This document shows, one piece after another, positions 60,437-64,000 of a stretch of 64,000 bases of DNA. This stretch comes from an uncultured bacterium (lineage in GTDB: Bacteria > Verrucomicrobiota > Verrucomicrobiia > Limisphaerales > UBA8199), in assembly GCA_963749495.1 (NCBI GenBank), contig CAVVMW010000021.1:640001-704000 (forward strand). Direction: 5' to 3'. A program made the translations under genes and the position numbers. The notes beneath the pieces were generated by a model. It saw only the letters and a list, made by a program, of their open reading frames with translations. It was not told the DNA's origin and searched no databases. How positions within the stretch are numbered: position 1 is the stretch's first letter; the number at the start of each line of letters is the position of its first letter.

Positions 60437-61768
60437 TCAGCCAAACTCGAATTGGCCTTCGCCCACCAATTTGTTCCCCTGCCGAATCGCCAACCGTGGC
60501 GGGTCCTTTTCATCGTGGAAGGCCAGATGAAAGCCGAGACCAGCGGCATTCACCAATCGATACGAGAGCGAGACGGAATCCCCGTCGGCTTGGCCCACTT
60601 CGACCATCTGCCGCAGCGGAGCGCCGGCGTTGAAAATAGCCGCGTTGACTTCGGTAACGGCCAGCCGGTTGGTGCCGAGCCCGATGGCGGTGTTGGTGGC
60701 TCCGTCGCATTGCAGCCGCACGATCTGCCGTGCGTAAACGCCCACCGGCACCCGCACCTCGCCGGCAGGCGCATCAATCACGGCGGTGAATGGGTCTGCC
60801 GAGCCACAGCCGTCCAGCACAAGGCACCGGATGAAGTCGCCTTCCACCCGCACCCGCCCCAGCACCGCCGAGACCGGCTCGAAGCTCAGCGCCAGGTCCG
60901 CGGGAGCACCGTGGCCCGCCTGGACCCGGCAGCGCACGCGGTAGGCCTGATCCTGAAAGAAGAGCCTGGCCGGAAGGTTGAAAGCGTCAAACACTTCGGC
61001 ATTGCCGGCATAACGATAGGGGAACGTGACCAGCTTGACATGGCTCAGGCTCTCCACATAACGCTGGGTCGCGTGCCACCACAGGAACGGTTTGTCCTTC
61101 TCCGCCCAAGGCCGCAAGATGAGCCGGCTGTTGATCTCTTTGAGCGAGGCGGCGGGCCCGAGCCGGCCATCTGGCTTGCCGATGACTGCCGCATACCATT
61201 TTCTGCCGCTGAGTTCCACAGCCCCCTCCCATAGCGAGCGGACATAGAGGAACACCCGTGGAGTCCCGCCCTGATCGAAGACGTGCGCATCCACTCGCAC
61301 CTGATACGAGCCCTCTGGGGAGGGGAATTCCAGCCGCAATCCACGGTAGAACTGGACCCCGCTGCCCGTGCCGACAAATACGCCGGCCGGATCATCGGTG
61401 AGGTCGCGATTCCGGTTGAGATCCAGGTAAAGACGTTGCGCAGGGGTGTCCCAAGCGAACGGCAGGAACAGGTTGGTGTCCAGTCCCAGGCGGAAGCGTC
61501 CCCGGAAGACACCTGCACGGGACAACGCCGGCTCTTTCGTGAACCGTTCACCGCCTTCCACCTTGATTTCCCATGCCAACGGCGAAAAACCGACCTCGCG
61601 GTATTGCAGATGCGCAATCACTGCGAGCGGCGCAGGCTCAGCCCCCTGGCCGGAGAAGCCCAGGAACAGCACGAATGCAGCGAAGACGGATAAGAACCTG
61701 CCTTTCGACCCTGCGCCGGGCTGCGGCGTTCCGCCAGGAATGGAGATGTGGTCTTTCGTGCGGGTCAT
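60437..61768 (-). CDS. Exported hypothetical protein
   Basis: Signal-like 'FLSVFAAFVLFLGFSGQGA', EF-like 'LYLDLNRNRDLTDD', ends 'GEGQFEFG'; start uncertain. Confidence 0.6.
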   Translation of the reverse strand: MTRTKDHISIPGGTPQPGAGSKGRFLSVFAAFVLFLGFSGQGAEPAPLAVIAHLQYREVGFSPLAWEIKVEGGERFTKEPALSRAGVFRGRFRLGLDTNLFLPFAWDTPAQRLYLDLNRNRDLTDDPAGVFVGTGSGVQFYRGLRLEFPSPEGSYQVRVDAHVFDQGGTPRVFLYVRSLWEGAVELSGRKWYAAVIGKPDGRLGPAASLKEINSRLILRPWAEKDKPFLWWHATQRYVESLSHVKLVTFPYRYAGNAEVFDAFNLPARLFFQDQAYRVRCRVQAGHGAPADLALSFEPVSAVLGRVRVEGDFIRCLVLDGCGSADPFTAVIDAPAGEVRVPVGVYARQIVRLQCDGATNTAIGLGTNRLAVTEVNAAIFNAGAPLRQMVEVGQADGDSVSLSYRLVNAAGLGFHLAFHDEKDPPRLAIRQGNKLVGEGQFEFG

Positions 61769-61974
61769 TCCAGGCCGCACGGTGGCAGAAGGCCATGAGA
61801 GCGTCAAGGCTGCTCTACTTGTGTGCCCGCTGGACGACGAGCATTTCAATCGGCATGTTGGTTTCAACGAGTTCAAGGCCGAGCTGATCATATAGGGCAT
61901 CTCGACCATGATTATCGGGATTGTGAGATTGCCTCGGTGGCACAGGGGTTTTCTTGGGGTCGAAGGCCCCGGTT

Positions 61975-62284
61975 TCTGGATCAGTTGCTCGTGTAGTAAG
62001 GTCCGCGCTTCATCTCTCGTTTTGATTGACGTAGCCAAATCGATCGCCCGAAACAGACCTTTTTCGTCCCGACCAAGGATCGTCCAGGCCCAATCTTGAT
62101 CCTCTAAGTGCAACAGGACGATTCCCAAAACGCGCTCGTCCTCGTTCGCATACCACTCAACTTGCTTAAAGAAATACGGAGTATATGGGGTTCTGGAGTA
62201 ACAGAGCGCCTCGAAGCGCATTTGCGTTATCTGCTTCACGTTCACTGCTTCGAACGAGAATTTACTTTGTCGGTCCGTTTTCAC
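61975..62284 (-). pseudogene. 5' fragment of a lower-GC hypothetical gene
   Basis: Protein-like 'VEWYANEDERVLGIVLL..DQDW...LGRDEKGLFRAID' that loses coding character after ~100 codons. Confidence 0.4.
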
Positions 62285-62335
62285 GAGCTTTTTTTGGCGG
62301 GGAGGAAGCGGAATAAGCCACTTCCTCCCTTTGTT

Positions 62336-62920
62336 TCACTCATTGAGGAACAGTCTCCATTCGGCGACACCGTGTGCGTTGCGGATGAGCGCCGTCACCG
62401 GCATCTCCTTCGCTGCGCGCGGGACGGTGAGCAGCTTGAGGCCAGCTTCGTGCGGCAGGCGGTTGCCCTTGCGGGCGTTCACGTCCTTGCTCGACCACAC
62501 GAGGTTTTCCCACGTGTCTTTGCCGCCACGCGAACGCGGCAGAACGTGGTCGAGGCTGCCTTCGTCGGGGCGCAGCGCACGGCCGGTGTATTGGCAGCGG
62601 TTGCCGTCGCGATCACGAATCGTGCGGGCGCAGAGCTTCGGGCGCTTCCTCGGCACCTTGGCGAAGTTCACGGCCACAATGACCGCCGGCACGCGGATCG
62701 GGCCGCGCACGGTCTGCACCGCGTTGTCCTGGGGACGAATCGGCAGCGTGATCCACTCGTCCCACGTCACGGGGCGGATGTGGTTCTCGCCTTCGATCTC
62801 CAGGCCGGTCGCAACGTTCGTTGCCATTTGGCAAAACGCTTCCTGGGGCGTGCGAATGTTGATCGCCTGCCAGTTGCGATTCAGCACCAGCACAATCAAC
62901 TTGTTCAGCATTTCGTTCAT
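62336..62920 (-). CDS. HNH endonuclease (McrA-like, tRNA-array-associated type)
   Basis: 'VLVLNRNWQAI', 'IRVPAVI', 'RDGNRCQYTG', 'DHVLPRSRGGKDTWENLV...N..KGN'. Confidence 0.92.
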   Translation of the reverse strand: MNEMLNKLIVLVLNRNWQAINIRTPQEAFCQMATNVATGLEIEGENHIRPVTWDEWITLPIRPQDNAVQTVRGPIRVPAVIVAVNFAKVPRKRPKLCARTIRDRDGNRCQYTGRALRPDEGSLDHVLPRSRGGKDTWENLVWSSKDVNARKGNRLPHEAGLKLLTVPRAAKEMPVTALIRNAHGVAEWRLFLNE

Positions 62921-62995
62921 AAAATGTCCACACACGGGCATATCGCTTCTCGCGCTGAGGTGTTTGTTCTTTGTTGGGGGCTGGTGCCCGGAAAT

Positions 62996-63086
62996 TGGCT
63001 GCCTCGCCTGGTTTTGCTCCAAGGTGCTTGCGCACGGCCACCGCCGGTTTCAGAGACCGGCGCGCTCCTGATTACGCCACGAGGCA
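62996..63086 (-). tRNA. trnQ: tRNA-Gln(CTG), atypical, long variable region
   Basis: Acceptor TGCCTCG/CGAGGCA-G-CCA; anticodon arm CCGGT-CTCTGAA-ACCGG; T arm CTTGG-AGCAAAA-CCAGG. Confidence 0.7.
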
Positions 63087-63191
63087 TTCGAATGCGGAAT
63101 GCGGAATGCGGAGCGCGGAATGAGAAAAGGAGCGGACCTGGCCTTTCGCCCGCCCATTCCGCACTCCGCACTCATCACTCCGCACTTAAAG

Positions 63192-63265
63192 TGGTCGCCC
63201 GGGAAGGTTCTGCCCCTCCGATTTCTGGGTGTAGGCCAGACGTGATCCTATTTCACCACCGAGCG
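63192..63265 (-). tRNA. trnV: tRNA-Val(TAC), atypical T-loop
   Basis: CGCTCGG/CCGGGCG-A-CCA; TCTGG-CCTACAC-CCAGA; GGAGG-GGCAGAA-CCTTC. Confidence 0.75.
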
Positions 63266-63375
63266 TTTCGGATGCGGAACTCAGAATGGGGAGTGCCGGA
63301 GTGCCGGACGAACCGAAAGCCTCTCGGGCGCGCGTCGCCATTCCGCACTCTGCGCTCAACACTCTGCACTCGGAA

Positions 63376-63449
63376 TGGCTGCCTCGCTTGGATTCGCACC
63401 AAGACCGTCGGGGTCAAAGCCCGGCATGCTGCTGTTACACCACGAGGCA
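63376..63449 (-). tRNA. trnQ: tRNA-Gln(TTG)
   Basis: TGCCTCG/CGAGGCA-G-CCA; CCGGG-CTTTGAC-CCCGA; CTTGG-TGCGAAT-CCAAG. Confidence 0.82.
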
Positions 63450-63558
63450 ATGGGTTGGCCTGCCGAGCCGAAGCCGAACAGGTGATTCCCATGCCCGCCT
63501 ACGCGCTTCGCGCTTCGGCGCGGCAGCCTTCGCCGCCCGCTGCGCAGGCGGCGAAGGC

Positions 63559-63635
63559 TGGTGGAGCCGGAGGTAGTTGCAACCTCACCAAACCGGATTA
63601 AAAGGCCGGTGCCGGTCTTCTGTGGCTTCGGCTCC
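63559..63635 (-). tRNA. trnK: tRNA-Lys(TTT), atypical
   Basis: GGAGCCG/CGGCTCC-A-CCA; CCGGC-CTTTTAA-TCCGG; GAGGT-TGCAACT-ACCTC. Confidence 0.72.
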
Positions 63636-63642
63636 TTGAAAT

Positions 63643-63719
63643 TGGTGCCCGCGGCAGGATTTGCACCCGCACTGGCGACGCTCTCGAACGTCGTGTCTCT
63701 TCTGTTGGACTACGCGAGC
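63643..63719 (-). tRNA. tRNA with 8-nt anticodon loop (probably Leu GAG, short variable arm; Ser CGA reading possible)
   Basis: GCTCGCG/CGCGGGC-A-CCA; CGACG-TTCGAGAG-CGTCG; GCGGG-TGCAAAT-CCTGC. Confidence 0.7.
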
Positions 63720-63727
63720 ATTGGGAA

Positions 63728-63799
63728 TGGAGCCTCCAGCCGGTGCTGCCGCGGCACGATTTTCTCACAGAGAACATCCGCAGGCTGCTGCCTGGAGGC
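63728..63799 (-). tRNA. Degenerate tRNA-Thr(TGT)-like gene
   Basis: Acceptor GCCTCCA/TGGAGGC-T-CCA; TGT in the centre of a weak anticodon arm; T-loop GGCAGCA. Confidence 0.5.
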
Positions 63800-63837
63800 G
63801 AAATCGCCTGCCGAGCCGTCGCGCTCAGTGCGAAGGC

Positions 63838-63912
63838 TGGTCGCAGTCCCCAGTGCTGCCCTGGGCACGGCGGGCGTATGAAGCCTGCCTGAGCGCTGGC
63901 CCTTTCAAGTGC
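63838..63912 (-). tRNA. Degenerate tRNA-Met(CAT)-like gene with disrupted 5' acceptor strand
   Basis: CAGGC-TTCATAC-GCCCG anticodon arm, CCCAG-GGCAGCA-CTGGG T arm, GACTGCG-A-CCA end; no clean CGCAGTC 5' strand. Confidence 0.5.
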
Positions 63913-64000
63913 AAAGTGGAGAATGCAAAGTGCGGAATGCACCGGGCGCGGGCGTAGCGATGATAATTCTGCACTCCGAAATAGCGCCTTCGTCTCGGCC

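Noticed and set aside
60437..62284. Single 615-aa protein
   Set aside because: A signal peptide appears mid-ORF and composition changes; more likely a chance fusion of a gene fragment, spacer and a separate exported protein
62996..63086. tRNA-Sec or tRNA-Pyl
   Set aside because: Anticodon is CTG and the acceptor stem is 7 bp, identical to the neighbouring tRNA-Gln
62284..64000. Prophage or integrative element at the tRNAs
   Set aside because: No integrase, att duplication or phage structural genes visible in this window

Overview
GC-rich bacterial DNA whose gene families (ASPIC/UnbV proteins, a DUF1559-type prepilin, ECF sigma/Ser-Thr kinase pairs, PA14/Ig secreted proteins) and palindromic repeats suggest Verrucomicrobiota, probably Pedosphaera/Limisphaera-like (inference). 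About a dozen otherwise intact genes carry single-base frameshifts, most likely assembly indels. From left to right: (1) a minus-strand set of secreted proteins (PA14/Ig, CRTAC1/ASPIC, SGNH-like); (2) a plus-strand cluster with hydrazine-synthase alpha-like and fused beta/gamma-like multiheme proteins, a CRTAC1 protein, a propeller protein, two orphan substrate-binding proteins, a rhomboid and a DUF3365-type heme lipoprotein; (3) a LytS/LytTR pair, then an asparagine-synthase-like and RaSEA-like radical SAM pair; (4) an ECF sigma and kinase upstream of a TM2/SPFH/vWA/DUF2752/GYF membrane operon, both sharing a TGTAAT-N16-CGTT motif; (5) a rearranged island of ECF/kinase modules and secreted cargo (NHL protein, serpin, beta-propeller), with a triplicated ECF-kinase intergenic cassette and a kinase with 14 near-identical WD40 repeats, six carrying a 21-nt hairpin insertion; (6) the end of a minus-strand array of atypical tRNAs, none with the TTC T-loop, running into an HNH nuclease gene. 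All family assignments come from motif recognition; no database search was run.
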